DNA of 64,000 nucleotides from Myxococcota bacterium (GTDB taxonomy: Bacteria > Myxococcota_A > UBA9160 > UBA6930). Position numbers and translations under genes: made by a program. The notes under the pieces are model-generated. The model did no database searches. It had not been told where the DNA came from and was given only the letters and a program-made list of their open reading frames with translations. The DNA lies in contig OZ245002.1 in NCBI GenBank assembly GCA_965223415.1, forward strand, positions 576,001 to 640,000, written 5' to 3'. This document shows, one piece after another, positions 50,489-60,207 of this stretch. Numbering within the stretch: position 1 is the stretch's first letter; each line of letters opens with the position of its first letter.

Positions 50489-51106
50489 ATGCGCGCGATG
50501 GGTCGTCTCCTCCTGATCGCGGGACTGCTGGCCTCCAGCGGCGCTGGAGGCGAGGTGAACCACCTCACCGACCACGACACCCACTCGGATGCCGGCGACA
50601 TGCACGCGGTCATCGAGATCCCCGCCGGCACGAACGCGAAGTGGCAGGTGGGGGAGGACGGCCGGCTCGCGTGGGAGGAGAAGGACGGCCGCCCCCGGGT
50701 GGTCGGCTACCTGCCCTACCCGGCCAACTACGGCATGGTCCCGCGTACGCTCCAGGCCGAAGCGGACGGCGGCGACGGCGACCCTCTCGACGTCTTCGTC
50801 CTCGGGCCGGCGCTCCCCCGCGGCAGCCTGGTGTCGACCCGGCCGATCGCGGTGATCCGCATGCTCGACGGCGGCGAGCGGGACGACAAGCTACTGGCCG
50901 TTCCCCCGAGCGGCCCGATGGGCGAGCTGCGCAGCCTGGCGGAGCTGGAGGCGCGGCACCCGGGTGCCCTTCGCATCCTGCGCATCTGGCTCGAGAACTA
51001 CAAGGGCAGCGGCGAGGTGCGGGTGGAGGCGGTGCTCGGCGCCGAGGCGGCAGGGAGTGCCCTCGCCGCCGCGGCGGCGGCCTTCGAGCGGGTGCACGGC
51101 AAGTGA
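50489..51106 (+). CDS. ppa: Family I inorganic pyrophosphatase with N-terminal signal-like peptide
   Basis: VIEIP, YPANYG, DGDPLD, DDK and YK motifs. Confidence 0.85.
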   Translation: MRAMGRLLLIAGLLASSGAGGEVNHLTDHDTHSDAGDMHAVIEIPAGTNAKWQVGEDGRLAWEEKDGRPRVVGYLPYPANYGMVPRTLQAEADGGDGDPLDVFVLGPALPRGSLVSTRPIAVIRMLDGGERDDKLLAVPPSGPMGELRSLAELEARHPGALRILRIWLENYKGSGEVRVEAVLGAEAAGSALAAAAAAFERVHGK

Positions 51107-51335
51107 GCCGGCGCATGCTGGCGGAAGCGATCGGCACCTGGCCCTCGGCGCCGGGCCGTTGACGGGGGCCTCGATGAACCCTGCCCGCTCCTTCGGACCG
51201 GCCCTGGCCTCGGGGCAGCTCGCCGATCTCTGGATCTACGCTTCGGCACCGGTGGCGGGCGCCGCGCTGGCCGTGCCGGCCTGCCGCGCGGTCCGCGGGC
51301 CCACTTGCTGTGCCGCCGAGCCGGGGAGCTCCTGA
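51103..51335 (+). pseudogene. Aquaporin (MIP family) pseudogene with internal deletion
   Basis: N-terminal [12 protein letters not shown] joined out of frame to [18 protein letters not shown]...WIY...CC. Confidence 0.75.
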
Positions 51336-51345
51336 GGAGCCCGGC

Positions 51346-52017
51346 TCAGCCCGCGTTCTCCAGCTTCGAGGCGTGCTTCACGTTGCGGGCTTCGGTCAGC
51401 ATGATCACGTCCTCGGCGATGTTGGTCGCGTGGTCGGCGACGCGCTCGAGGTTCTTCGCGATCAGGATGACGTCGACTTCCTGGGAGGTGAGCTCCGGGT
51501 GGTCGGAGATCTCTTGGATCGCCGCCTGGATGACCTCCTTCTCGTCCTGGTCGATGCGGTCGTCCTCGTCGAGCACGAAGGCCGCCCGCTCCGGATCGTG
51601 CTCGCTGAAGCTGTCGAGGGCGTGACGCAGGAGCCTCCGGGACTCGTCTGCCAGCGTCCGGAGCTTCTCGGGGATCGGCACCTCGGGGCGTTCGGAGAGC
51701 CGGAGGGCGCTCTTGGCGATGTTTCGCGCCAGGTCGCCCACGCGCTCGAGATCCGTGGCCATCATCTTGATGGCGATCACGCCGCGCAGGTCGTCGGCCA
51801 CCGGCGCCTGGGTGGCCAGGGCCCGCAGCACCGCCTCGTCGACGGCCAGGTCGAGGCGATCGATCTCGAGATCGTCGATCTTCACCTCGCGGGCCAGGGC
51901 CGGGTCGCGCTTGTAGACGGCGTGCAGGGACTTCTCGAGGATCGCCTCGGCGAGGCTGCCCATGCGCAGGATCTGCTGCCGGAGGTCCGCGAGGACCGGG
52001 TCGACGATTCGCGTCAT
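51346..52017 (-). CDS. phoU: Phosphate signalling protein PhoU
   Basis: PVADDLR, DLERVGD and LERVADHATNIAE. Confidence 0.95.
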   Translation of the reverse strand: MTRIVDPVLADLRQQILRMGSLAEAILEKSLHAVYKRDPALAREVKIDDLEIDRLDLAVDEAVLRALATQAPVADDLRGVIAIKMMATDLERVGDLARNIAKSALRLSERPEVPIPEKLRTLADESRRLLRHALDSFSEHDPERAAFVLDEDDRIDQDEKEVIQAAIQEISDHPELTSQEVDVILIAKNLERVADHATNIAEDVIMLTEARNVKHASKLENAG

Positions 52018-52026
52018 CGCAGTCTC

Positions 52027-52809
52027 CTAGCCGAAACGCCCGGTGATGTAGTCCCGGGTCCGTTCGTCCTTGGGATCCGTGAAGATCTGCCCGGTCTCGC
52101 CCTCCTCCACCACGATGCCGAGGTGGAAGAAGGCGGTCCGCTGGGAGACCCGGGCCGCTTGCTGCATCGAGTGGGTCACGATCACGATGGTGTAGTTCTC
52201 GCGAAGCTCCTCCATCAGCTCCTCGATGCGGGCCGTGGCGATGGGGTCGAGGGCCGAGCAGGGCTCGTCCATCAGGATCACGTCGGGCTGCACGGCGATG
52301 GCGCGCGCGATGCAGAGCCGCTGCTGCTGACCGCCGGAGAGGCCGGTGCCCGACTCGTCGAGCCGATCCTTCACCTCCTCGAAGAGGCCGGCCCGCTGCA
52401 GGCTCGTGGCGACGATTTCGTCGAGCTCCTCCCGGGAGGAGACGAGCCCGTGGATCTTCGGGCCGTAGGCCACGTTCTCGTAGATCGACTTGGGAAACGG
52501 GTTCGGCTTCTGGAACACCATGCCGATGCGCGCGCGGAGCTGCACCGGATCGATATCCGCCCGGTAGATGTCCTCGCCGTCGAGGGTGATCTTGCCCTCG
52601 ACGCGGCAGATGTCGATCACGTCGTTCATGCGGTTCAGACAGCGGATGTAAGTCGACTTGCCGCAGCCCGACGGCCCGATCAGGGAAGTGACCTGGTTCT
52701 TCTGGATGTCCAGGTTCACCGAGAAGAGGGCCTGCTTCTCGCCGTACCAGACGTTCAGGTCCCTCGTCGTGATCTTGGTCAAGAAGTGCGGACTCCGCGG
52801 CTCTTCCAT
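52027..52809 (-). CDS. pstB: Phosphate ABC transporter ATPase
   Basis: [25 protein letters not shown] and YITGRFG. Confidence 0.97.
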   Translation of the reverse strand: MEEPRSPHFLTKITTRDLNVWYGEKQALFSVNLDIQKNQVTSLIGPSGCGKSTYIRCLNRMNDVIDICRVEGKITLDGEDIYRADIDPVQLRARIGMVFQKPNPFPKSIYENVAYGPKIHGLVSSREELDEIVATSLQRAGLFEEVKDRLDESGTGLSGGQQQRLCIARAIAVQPDVILMDEPCSALDPIATARIEELMEELRENYTIVIVTHSMQQAARVSQRTAFFHLGIVVEEGETGQIFTDPKDERTRDYITGRFG

Positions 52810-52824
52810 GGGGGCCTCACCCGT

Positions 52825-54081
52825 CTACCAACGCCGCTCGAACCGGTTGCGGAGCAGCACGGCCGCAAGGTTCATGGCGACGAGGAAGGCTAGCAGCACG
52901 AGGATCGCGGCGGACGTCTTGGCCACGAAGGCCCGTTCCGGAGCGTCCGCCCACAGGAAGATCTGGACGGGAAGCACGGTCGCGGGGCTCGTCGGCCCAC
53001 CGGGCACGTCGACGATGAAGGCCACCATGCCGATCATGAGGAGCGGGGCGGTCTCGCCCAGCGCCCGGGCCATGCCGATGATCGTGCCGGTGAGGATGCC
53101 CGGTAGGGCCAGAGGCAACACGTGGTGGGCCACGACCTGCAGGGGCGACGCGCCCACGCCCAGCGCCGCCTCGCGAATGGAGGGCGGCACGGCCAGGATC
53201 GCCGAGCGGGCGGCGATGATCACGGTCGGGAGCGTCATCAGGGCCAGCACGAAGCCGCCCACCAGCGGGGCCGAGCGGGGCATGCCGAACAGGTTCAGGA
53301 AGACGGCCAGCCCGAGCAGCCCGAAGACGATGGAGGGGACGGCCGCCAGGTTGTTGATGTTCACCTCGATGAAGTCGGTGAGCCGGTTCCTCGGAGCGAA
53401 CTCCTCCAGGTAGACCGCCGCCGCCACGCCCACCGGGAAGGACAGCAGCAGGGTCACCAGCAGCGTCCAGAGCGAGCCGACCAGGGCTCCGCGAATCCCT
53501 GCCAGCTCGGGCTCGCGGCTGTCGCCGGAGGCGAAGAAGCGCCGGGCAAAGCGGTTCTCGACCCGGCCGTCGTCCTCGAGCGCCCGGAGCCAGCCGATCT
53601 GGGCGTCACTGAGGCGGCGGTCCGCCTCTGCGGTCGCGGCGTCGACGCCGCCCTTGAAGTAGAGGTCCGCATCGTCGGCGAGGGGGACGCGCACCGGCCG
53701 GGTCGTGCCGGCCAGCGACGGATCGGCGAGCACGAGCTCGCGCAGCTCGAAGGCCGCGCCGCTGCTGATCAGGGCGGAGAGCGCTCGGCGCTCGCGGCGG
53801 CCGGTCACCTCCGGAAAGCGCTCGCGCAGCGCCGTCTTCACGAGCCCCCCGTAGTCCTGCTGCTCCAGCGCCTCGGCATCGAAGTGGACGTCGAGGGTCG
53901 CCTCGTGGGCGAAGAAGGCCGGCAGGCCGCGCCAGAGGATGCTGCCGAGCAGCGCGACCAGGGCGGAGAGCGCCACGCCGATGGCGGCGGCACCGTAGAG
54001 ACGGAAGCGCCGTTCGGCGGCGTAGCGCCGTCGAAGCCGGCGCGCCGCCGCGTCCTTCGTGTGCAGCGAGCCGTCAGTCAT
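52825..54081 (-). CDS. pstA: Phosphate ABC transporter permease
   Basis: NINNLAAVPSIVFG and ARALGETAPL. Confidence 0.95.
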   Translation of the reverse strand: MTDGSLHTKDAAARRLRRRYAAERRFRLYGAAAIGVALSALVALLGSILWRGLPAFFAHEATLDVHFDAEALEQQDYGGLVKTALRERFPEVTGRRERRALSALISSGAAFELRELVLADPSLAGTTRPVRVPLADDADLYFKGGVDAATAEADRRLSDAQIGWLRALEDDGRVENRFARRFFASGDSREPELAGIRGALVGSLWTLLVTLLLSFPVGVAAAVYLEEFAPRNRLTDFIEVNINNLAAVPSIVFGLLGLAVFLNLFGMPRSAPLVGGFVLALMTLPTVIIAARSAILAVPPSIREAALGVGASPLQVVAHHVLPLALPGILTGTIIGMARALGETAPLLMIGMVAFIVDVPGGPTSPATVLPVQIFLWADAPERAFVAKTSAAILVLLAFLVAMNLAAVLLRNRFERRW

Positions 54082-55453
54082 ACTGCTCCCGGTAGCGGCG
54101 CACGACCATCATCGCGACCACGTTCAGGGCGAGGGTCACGATGAAGAGGGCGAGCCCGAGGGCGAAGGCGGCCAGGGTCTTGGCGGAATCGAACTCCTGA
54201 TCGCCGACCAGCAGGGTGACGATCTGGACGGTCACGGTCGTCACGGCCTCGAAGGGGTTCGCGGAGAGGTTCGCCGCGAGGCCGGCGGCCATCACCACGA
54301 TCATCGTCTCCCCGATCGCACGGGAGACGGCGAGGAGCACGGCGCCCACGATGCCCGGCAGCGCCGCCGGGAGCACGACCTTGCGAATCGTCTCCGACGG
54401 GGTCGCGCCGAGCCCGAGGGAGCCCTCCCGGAGGCTCTGGGGCACGGCGCTGATCACGTCGTCGGAGAGCGACGACACGAAGGGGATGATCATCACGCCC
54501 ATCACCAGGCCGGCGGCGAGCGCGCTCTCCGAGCTCGCCTCCCAGCCCATGCGCTCGCCGAGGGCGCGGATCACGGGGCCGACGGAGAGCGCCGCGAAGA
54601 AGCCGTAGACCACGGTCGGGATGCCGGCCAGGATCTCGAGCAGCGGCTTCACCAGGGCGCGGGTGGCGGGCTTCGCGTAGTCGGAGAGATAGACCGCCGA
54701 GAGCAGCCCGACCGGCACGGCCACGGCCATGGCGATCGCGGTGATGAGCAGGGTGCCGGCGAAGACCGGCACGGCGCCGAAGGCGCCGGAGGAGCCGACT
54801 TGGTCGGCGCGGATCGCGGTCTGCGGGCTCCACTCGAGGCCGAACAGGAATTCGCGGACCGGGACGAGGGCGAAGAAGCGGAGCGCCTCGAAGATCAGCG
54901 AGAGCACGATGCCGATCGTCACGAGGATCGCGACGCCGGAACAGGCGGCGAGGAAGCCGCGCACGATGCGCTCGACCCGGTTGCGCGCCCGCAGCTCCGG
55001 CCGGATGCGCGCGCGAGCCCAACTGAGGCCGCCGACCGCCAGGGAGAGCGCCGCCCCCGCCAGGGCGAGCCCGCCGACCCGCCGCACCTGCTGCACCCGA
55101 AGGGCGGCGGCGCGGAGCTCCGGGGTCGTCTCCCGACCGATCGCCTCTCCCGCCGCCAGAGCGCGGGCATCGCGCACGAAGAGCTCGAGCCGTTCGGGGG
55201 GCAGCCCCTCCACGGCGGGTCCGGCCTCGGCCGCAGCCTGCCACCCGGCGAGCGCCGGCTCGAAGAGCAGCCACGTCACCAGCAACGCGAAGGCGGGCAC
55301 AGCAGCCCAGAGCGCCACCCAGTGCCCGTAGTAGGCGGGCCGGGAGTGAAGCACCCGAGCATCCCCCGATGCCACCGCGAGGGCCCGTCGGCGGCCCAGC
55401 ACGAAGGCGGCGGCCGTGAGCAGGAGGAGCGCGGCGGTGAGGGGAAGCATCAT
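54074..55453 (-). CDS. pstC: Phosphate ABC transporter permease
   Basis: LEILAGIPTVVYG and SRAIGETMIV. Confidence 0.95.
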   Translation of the reverse strand: MMLPLTAALLLLTAAAFVLGRRRALAVASGDARVLHSRPAYYGHWVALWAAVPAFALLVTWLLFEPALAGWQAAAEAGPAVEGLPPERLELFVRDARALAAGEAIGRETTPELRAAALRVQQVRRVGGLALAGAALSLAVGGLSWARARIRPELRARNRVERIVRGFLAACSGVAILVTIGIVLSLIFEALRFFALVPVREFLFGLEWSPQTAIRADQVGSSGAFGAVPVFAGTLLITAIAMAVAVPVGLLSAVYLSDYAKPATRALVKPLLEILAGIPTVVYGFFAALSVGPVIRALGERMGWEASSESALAAGLVMGVMIIPFVSSLSDDVISAVPQSLREGSLGLGATPSETIRKVVLPAALPGIVGAVLLAVSRAIGETMIVVMAAGLAANLSANPFEAVTTVTVQIVTLLVGDQEFDSAKTLAAFALGLALFIVTLALNVVAMMVVRRYREQYD

Positions 55454-55515
55454 GGAACGTCCGAGGGCGCCCCTCCCGGAGGAAGAGGCGCCCGGAGGTG
55501 CGGAATGTGACGGAC

Positions 55516-56550
55516 CTAGTTCAGGCTCAGCAGCACCAAGCCCCGGGCCGCATCGCGCACGAGCTTGCGTTGGGCCGCCGGCAGCGGGATCAGGCCCTTG
55601 TCGGCGAGGTAGCCCTCGTCGCCTGCGGCCCGTTCGCTGGTGAACTCACCCACGAACTCCTGGATGCCCGGCACCACGTCGATGTGGGCCTTCTTGACGT
55701 ACAGGTAGAGCGAGCGGGACACGCCGTACTCGCCGGCCGCGATCTTCTCGAAGGTGGGCTCAGTGCCTCCGACCAGGCTGCCCTGGATCTTGTCCGCGTT
55801 CTGGTCGAGGAACGAGAAGCCGAAGATGCCGAGGGCGTTCGGGTTGGCCTCGAGCTTCTGGACGATGAGGTTGTCGTTCTCGCCGGCTTCCACGTAGTGG
55901 CCGTCCTCGCGGATCGCGTGGGCCACCGCCTTGAACGCCTTCTCGTCCGCCTCCTTCATCTCGGCCAGCATCGGGATGGCCTGGGCGCCGCCCTCCATCG
56001 CCAGCTCGACGAAGGCATCCCGGGTGCCGGAGGTGGGCGGCGGGCCGAGCACCTCGATCTTGACGGTGGGGAGCGAGGCATCGATGTGGCTCCACAGGGT
56101 AGAGGGGTTGTCCACGAGCTTGCCGTCCACCGGCACCTGTTTGGCGAGGGCCCGGAAGACCTGCTCCTTGGTCAGCGAGTAGCGGGCCGCGGCCTTGGAA
56201 TTGGCCAGCACGATGCCGTCGAAGCCGATCTTCACCTCGACGATGTCGTTCACGCCGCCCTTGGCGCAGCGCTCCACCTCGGAGGCCTTGATCCGGCGCG
56301 AGGCGTTGGTGATGTCCGGATGCTGGGTCCCGACCCCTCCGCAGAAGAGCTTCAGGCCGCCGCCGGAGCCCGTGCTCTCGACGACCGGCGTCTTGAAGTC
56401 CGTGGTCTTGCCGAACTGCTCGGCCACGGCGGTCGAGAATGGGAAGACCGTGGAAGAGCCGACGATGCGGATCTGGTCGCGCGCCTGGGCGGCGCCGGCG
56501 AAGAGCAGGACGGCGGCCGCGAGGGCCAGGGGCGAGCTGGTGAGCTTCAC
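55516..56550 (-). CDS. pstS: Phosphate ABC transporter substrate-binding protein
   Basis: Signal peptide, VGSSTVFP, TGSGGG and SGTRD. Confidence 0.93.
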   Translation of the reverse strand: MKLTSSPLALAAAVLLFAGAAQARDQIRIVGSSTVFPFSTAVAEQFGKTTDFKTPVVESTGSGGGLKLFCGGVGTQHPDITNASRRIKASEVERCAKGGVNDIVEVKIGFDGIVLANSKAAARYSLTKEQVFRALAKQVPVDGKLVDNPSTLWSHIDASLPTVKIEVLGPPPTSGTRDAFVELAMEGGAQAIPMLAEMKEADEKAFKAVAHAIREDGHYVEAGENDNLIVQKLEANPNALGIFGFSFLDQNADKIQGSLVGGTEPTFEKIAAGEYGVSRSLYLYVKKAHIDVVPGIQEFVGEFTSERAAGDEGYLADKGLIPLPAAQRKLVRDAARGLVLLSLN

Positions 56551-56608
56551 GGGGATTCCTCCGATCGGGTGTTTTCGTTCGCGTTCGTGGGGACCCTAGG
56601 CGCCGGGG

Positions 56609-56648
56609 CTGACCCCCCGGTGACGCGTTCTTGACGAAACCGTGACAT
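56609..56648 (-). promoter_or_regulatory. Pho-box array upstream of pstS
   Basis: TGAC (GTCA on the coding strand) at 56610, 56621, 56632 and 56643: exact 11-bp period. Confidence 0.85.
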
Positions 56649-56664
56649 CCGACCGGGCCGGGTC

Positions 56665-57942
56665 CTAGAACTTCACCACGATGTCGGTCTGCAGACGCAG
56701 CCGGTCCGCGTTTCCGACGGACCGGGCGAAGACCGGCAGGCCGCTCCGCAGCTCCTGGCTGGAGAAGAGCGTCAGGTTCAGGTCCGTGCCGGGCAGGATC
56801 TGCCGGGACCCGTAGACGGTGAAGCCCTTGCGGTTGGTGAAGCCGTCGAAGAGGTCGCTGTCCGTGAACTGGGCCGGAAAGTAGTTCGCCTCGGCCTCGT
56901 AGTAGCCGAAGCCGAGCTTCACGAACTCCTTCTTGTCGCCCACCTCGACGCCGACGCCCCACGCCGTGTCCTCGTCGCTGCCCGTGAAGGTCGAGACCGT
57001 GCCCGCGTCGAGGTTGCGCGCGTAGTGACCGAAGAGGAGGACCGGCCAGCTCTCCACACCCTTGTAGCGGGCGTAGGCGGCGATCTCGACGACCCGGTAG
57101 TCGTCGTCGGTGACCGCGCCCGCCCCGGCGGTGCGGGTGACGAAGGCTTCGTTCAGGGACGCAAAGCTGTAGAAGCTGCCGCGCACCCCGAAGTCCACGA
57201 GCTCGCTCGGCGTGAGGTCCAGGCCGCCCTGGAACGCGGTCAGGTGGGGGTCCTCGGAGCGCGAGTTCTCGTCGAGGACGTAGTAGCCCGCGGTGACGTA
57301 GCCCTTCATCGCGTCGCTGAAGCCGTGGGTCAGCATCACGGCCCCGCCCTCGGGGTTGATGTCATGGTCCCAGAGCAGGTAGTCCTTGCCGTTCTTCCAG
57401 GTGAAGGGGTTCTTGGTCTTGCCGACCATGGCCGAAACGCCGGTCGCCTCGCCCAGCCAGCTCTTCGGCGCCTGGAACTGCGCGTAGGCCTGGTCGATGA
57501 AGATGTCGTCCGGATCGAAGTCGTTGCCGCTTCCGAAGCTCTTGTTGGTGCTCCGGATGTCGCCGGTGCCGGAGGCCAGGCGGAAGACCACGTCCGTATG
57601 GTCGTTCACCGTCGCCTTGCCCTGGATCCGCAGGCGGTAGCGACCCCGGGCCCGGTTGGCCCGGTCGACGCCGAGATCGTCCCGGTCGTACCAGAAGTTC
57701 TCGAGCCGGGCGCGGAAGTCACCGGTCCACTCGATCCGGCCGAGCAGCCCGGCGTGCTCCTCCTCGTAGGCATCGTTCTTCGAGACCAGCTCCGCGTGCT
57801 TGGCCTCGTCGATGATCCCGCGCTCGCGCAGCACCTCGAGCACTTCGCCGATCACGGGCTCCTCGGCCCGTGCCGGCGCCTCCATCCCCAGGAACAGAGC
57901 CAGCGCGGCGATCGCCGCGCCCGCATGAGACAGACACTTCAA
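56665..57942 (-). CDS. Putative outer-membrane porin in the pho locus
   Basis: Signal peptide, GDFRARLE and RYRLR beta-strand pattern, C-terminal Phe; TTG start with GGAGGA SD. Confidence 0.8.
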   Translation of the reverse strand: MKCLSHAGAAIAALALFLGMEAPARAEEPVIGEVLEVLRERGIIDEAKHAELVSKNDAYEEEHAGLLGRIEWTGDFRARLENFWYDRDDLGVDRANRARGRYRLRIQGKATVNDHTDVVFRLASGTGDIRSTNKSFGSGNDFDPDDIFIDQAYAQFQAPKSWLGEATGVSAMVGKTKNPFTWKNGKDYLLWDHDINPEGGAVMLTHGFSDAMKGYVTAGYYVLDENSRSEDPHLTAFQGGLDLTPSELVDFGVRGSFYSFASLNEAFVTRTAGAGAVTDDDYRVVEIAAYARYKGVESWPVLLFGHYARNLDAGTVSTFTGSDEDTAWGVGVEVGDKKEFVKLGFGYYEAEANYFPAQFTDSDLFDGFTNRKGFTVYGSRQILPGTDLNLTLFSSQELRSGLPVFARSVGNADRLRLQTDIVVKF

Positions 57943-57989
57943 GGGAGTTCCTCCTTCGGCCGCACGCTAACCAGCCCCGGGAGGGGCCA

Positions 57990-58018
57990 GGTGACGAACG
58001 CGTTACGAAGGAGTGACG
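57990..58018 (-). promoter_or_regulatory. Pho-box array upstream of the porin, overlapping the phoR stop
   Basis: TGAC 57992, TTAC 58003 and TGAC 58014 at 11-bp period. Confidence 0.65.
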
Positions 58019-59382
58019 TTGTCCGACGCGGGATCGAAGCCGGGGAGCGTGAAGCGGAAGACCGTGCCGGCGCCCTCCTCGGACTCTGCGTCGACGTCGC
58101 CGTCCATGGCCTGGACCAGGTGCTTGACGATGGCCAGGCCGAGGCCCGTGCCGCCCAGATCCCGTGTGCGCGCCTTGTCGACCCGGTAGAAGCGCTCGAA
58201 GATGCGGGCGAGATCGCCGTCGGGAATGCCCATCCCGGTGTCGCGGACGGCGACCTGGACGCGGCCGCTCGCCCGCGCCACCTCGACGACCAGCCGATCG
58301 CCGGGCTCGCTGTACTTGATGGCGTTGTCCAGGAGGTTCAGCAGGATCTGCTCCACGGCGCGGCGATCGGCGAGCGCGAGCAGGTCCCCCTCGGCCTCGA
58401 CCCGGGCCTCGAGGCCCTTGGCATCGATGCGGGGCTTGAGATCCCGCATCAGCGCCCGCGCCACGTCGCCGATCGCCACCTCGACGAGGCGGAGCGGCTC
58501 GCGCCGGCCCTCGATGCGCGAGAGCTCGAGCAGATCGTCGATCAGAGCAGAGAGCCGGCCCGCGTGGCGGACGATCACCTCGGTGTACTGGGTGCGCTGC
58601 TCGTCGTCGAGGCGCTCGTGCAGGAGCGTCTCGGCGAAGCCCCGAATGGCCGTCAGCGGGGTCTTGAGCTCGTGGGACACGTTGGCCACGAACTCGCGGC
58701 GCACGCGCTCGAGCCGACGCAGCTCGGTCTGGTCGTGGAAGACCGCCACCGTGCCGAGGGCGGGGCCCTCGCCGGGGAAGCGCACGGCGTGCATCTGGAG
58801 GAAGCGCTCGTCGTCGCCGCCGAGGGCGAACTCGCGGGTGACCGGCCCGTGGCTTGCCGCGGCCTCCTCGAGGGCGGTCGCCAGGTCGTCGCGGCGGATC
58901 AGCTCCAGCGGCCGGCGACCCACCACGTCGCCCCAGGCGTCGAAGAGCTCCCGCAGGCGGGGGTTCGCGAGCACCACGCGCCCTTCCGCGTCGAGCACCA
59001 GCACGCCCTCGACCATGCTCTGCAGCATGGCCTGGAGGCGCTCGCTCCCCCCGATCTCCTGGGCCAGGGCCGCGCGGTGCTGCTCGGAGAGGTGATCCAC
59101 CGAGCGGGCGACGTCGCCGAGAGCGTCGCGCGACCGCCAGGGCAGGCGGCGGGCGGGCTCGCCCCTCGCCATGCGGTCGAGGGCCTCGCGCACCGAGCCG
59201 AGGGGCCCGTGCAGGAAGCGAGCCGCCACCAGCGTGGCCAGCACGGCGAGCCCGAATCCGGCCGCGCCGATCGGGAGCCAGGCAGAGCCCACGGGCGCCT
59301 CGTGGAGGATGGCCGCGACCAGCAGCACCGCCGCGACCAGCCCCAGCTGCAGGGCGAAGATCCTGCCGGCGAGCTGCCTCAC
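58003..59382 (-). CDS. phoR: Phosphate sensor histidine kinase
   Basis: TM-HAMP-PAS, FVANVSHELKTPLT and FERFYRVDKAR. Confidence 0.9.
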   Translation of the reverse strand: MRQLAGRIFALQLGLVAAVLLVAAILHEAPVGSAWLPIGAAGFGLAVLATLVAARFLHGPLGSVREALDRMARGEPARRLPWRSRDALGDVARSVDHLSEQHRAALAQEIGGSERLQAMLQSMVEGVLVLDAEGRVVLANPRLRELFDAWGDVVGRRPLELIRRDDLATALEEAAASHGPVTREFALGGDDERFLQMHAVRFPGEGPALGTVAVFHDQTELRRLERVRREFVANVSHELKTPLTAIRGFAETLLHERLDDEQRTQYTEVIVRHAGRLSALIDDLLELSRIEGRREPLRLVEVAIGDVARALMRDLKPRIDAKGLEARVEAEGDLLALADRRAVEQILLNLLDNAIKYSEPGDRLVVEVARASGRVQVAVRDTGMGIPDGDLARIFERFYRVDKARTRDLGGTGLGLAIVKHLVQAMDGDVDAESEEGAGTVFRFTLPGFDPASDNVTPS

Positions 59383-60062
59383 CCGTCCGAGAACCGGTAG
59401 CCGACCCCTCGCACCGTCTCGATCAGATCACCGGCCGAGCCGAGCTTCTCGCGCAGCCGCTTCATGTGCGTGTCGATGGTGCGCTCGGTGACGGTGATGT
59501 CGGTGCCCCAGACCCGGTCGAGGAGCGTCTGCCGGCTCATCACCCGGCCGGGCCGCTCCATCAGGGTCGCGAGGAGTCGGAACTCCTTGGCGGTCAGCTC
59601 GACCAGGACGCCGTCCACCTCGCAGCGGTGCCGCTCCGCGTCGAGCCGCAGGCCGCCCTGCTCGAGGGGGCGCGCCGGCGGCGGCTCCTTGCGGGTCCGG
59701 CGCAGGATCGCGCCCACCCGCAGGGCCAGCTCCCGGGGGCTGAAGGGCTTCGCCACGTAGTCGTCGGCGCCGAGCTCGAAGCCCACCACCCGATCCACCT
59801 CCTCCCCTTTGGCCGTGAGCATCAGGATCGGCAGGTCCGCCAGGGCGGCGTCGGCCCGGATCTGCCGGCATACCTCGGTGCCTGGAAGGTCCGGGAGCAT
59901 CAGGTCGAGCACCAGCAGGTCCGGCGGTCGCCTCCGGACCTGCTCGAGGCCGTCCCGGCCCGACACACAGACGCTCACGTCGTAGCCGGCCTGGGAAAGA
60001 TGGAAGCGAACCAGCTCGAGGAGGTCCGGCTCGTCGTCGACGATCAGGACGCGCGGAGCCAT
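59379..60062 (-). CDS. phoB: Phosphate response regulator
   Basis: Receiver plus winged helix RTIDTHMKRLREKL; position next to phoR and pst. Confidence 0.88.
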   Translation of the reverse strand: MAPRVLIVDDEPDLLELVRFHLSQAGYDVSVCVSGRDGLEQVRRRPPDLLVLDLMLPDLPGTEVCRQIRADAALADLPILMLTAKGEEVDRVVGFELGADDYVAKPFSPRELALRVGAILRRTRKEPPPARPLEQGGLRLDAERHRCEVDGVLVELTAKEFRLLATLMERPGRVMSRQTLLDRVWGTDITVTERTIDTHMKRLREKLGSAGDLIETVRGVGYRFSDG

Positions 60063-60132
60063 GCCCGGAGGGTAGCCACCCCGCGGGAGGGAGGGGCCTT
60101 CGCCCGGGGCGCCCGGCGCGTTCTTCCCGGGC

Positions 60133-60165
60133 CTGCCATCGGCGCGTCACCGAGCCGTCACCGAT
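60133..60165 (+). promoter_or_regulatory. Pho-box-like repeats upstream of phoB, in opposite orientation
   Basis: ctgccat 60133, gcgtcac 60144 and ccgtcac 60155 at 11-bp period. Confidence 0.5.
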
Positions 60166-60207
60166 TGCCCGGGCCCGAGATTGCCGGGGGCGCTCGCCTC
60201 GGGCCGG

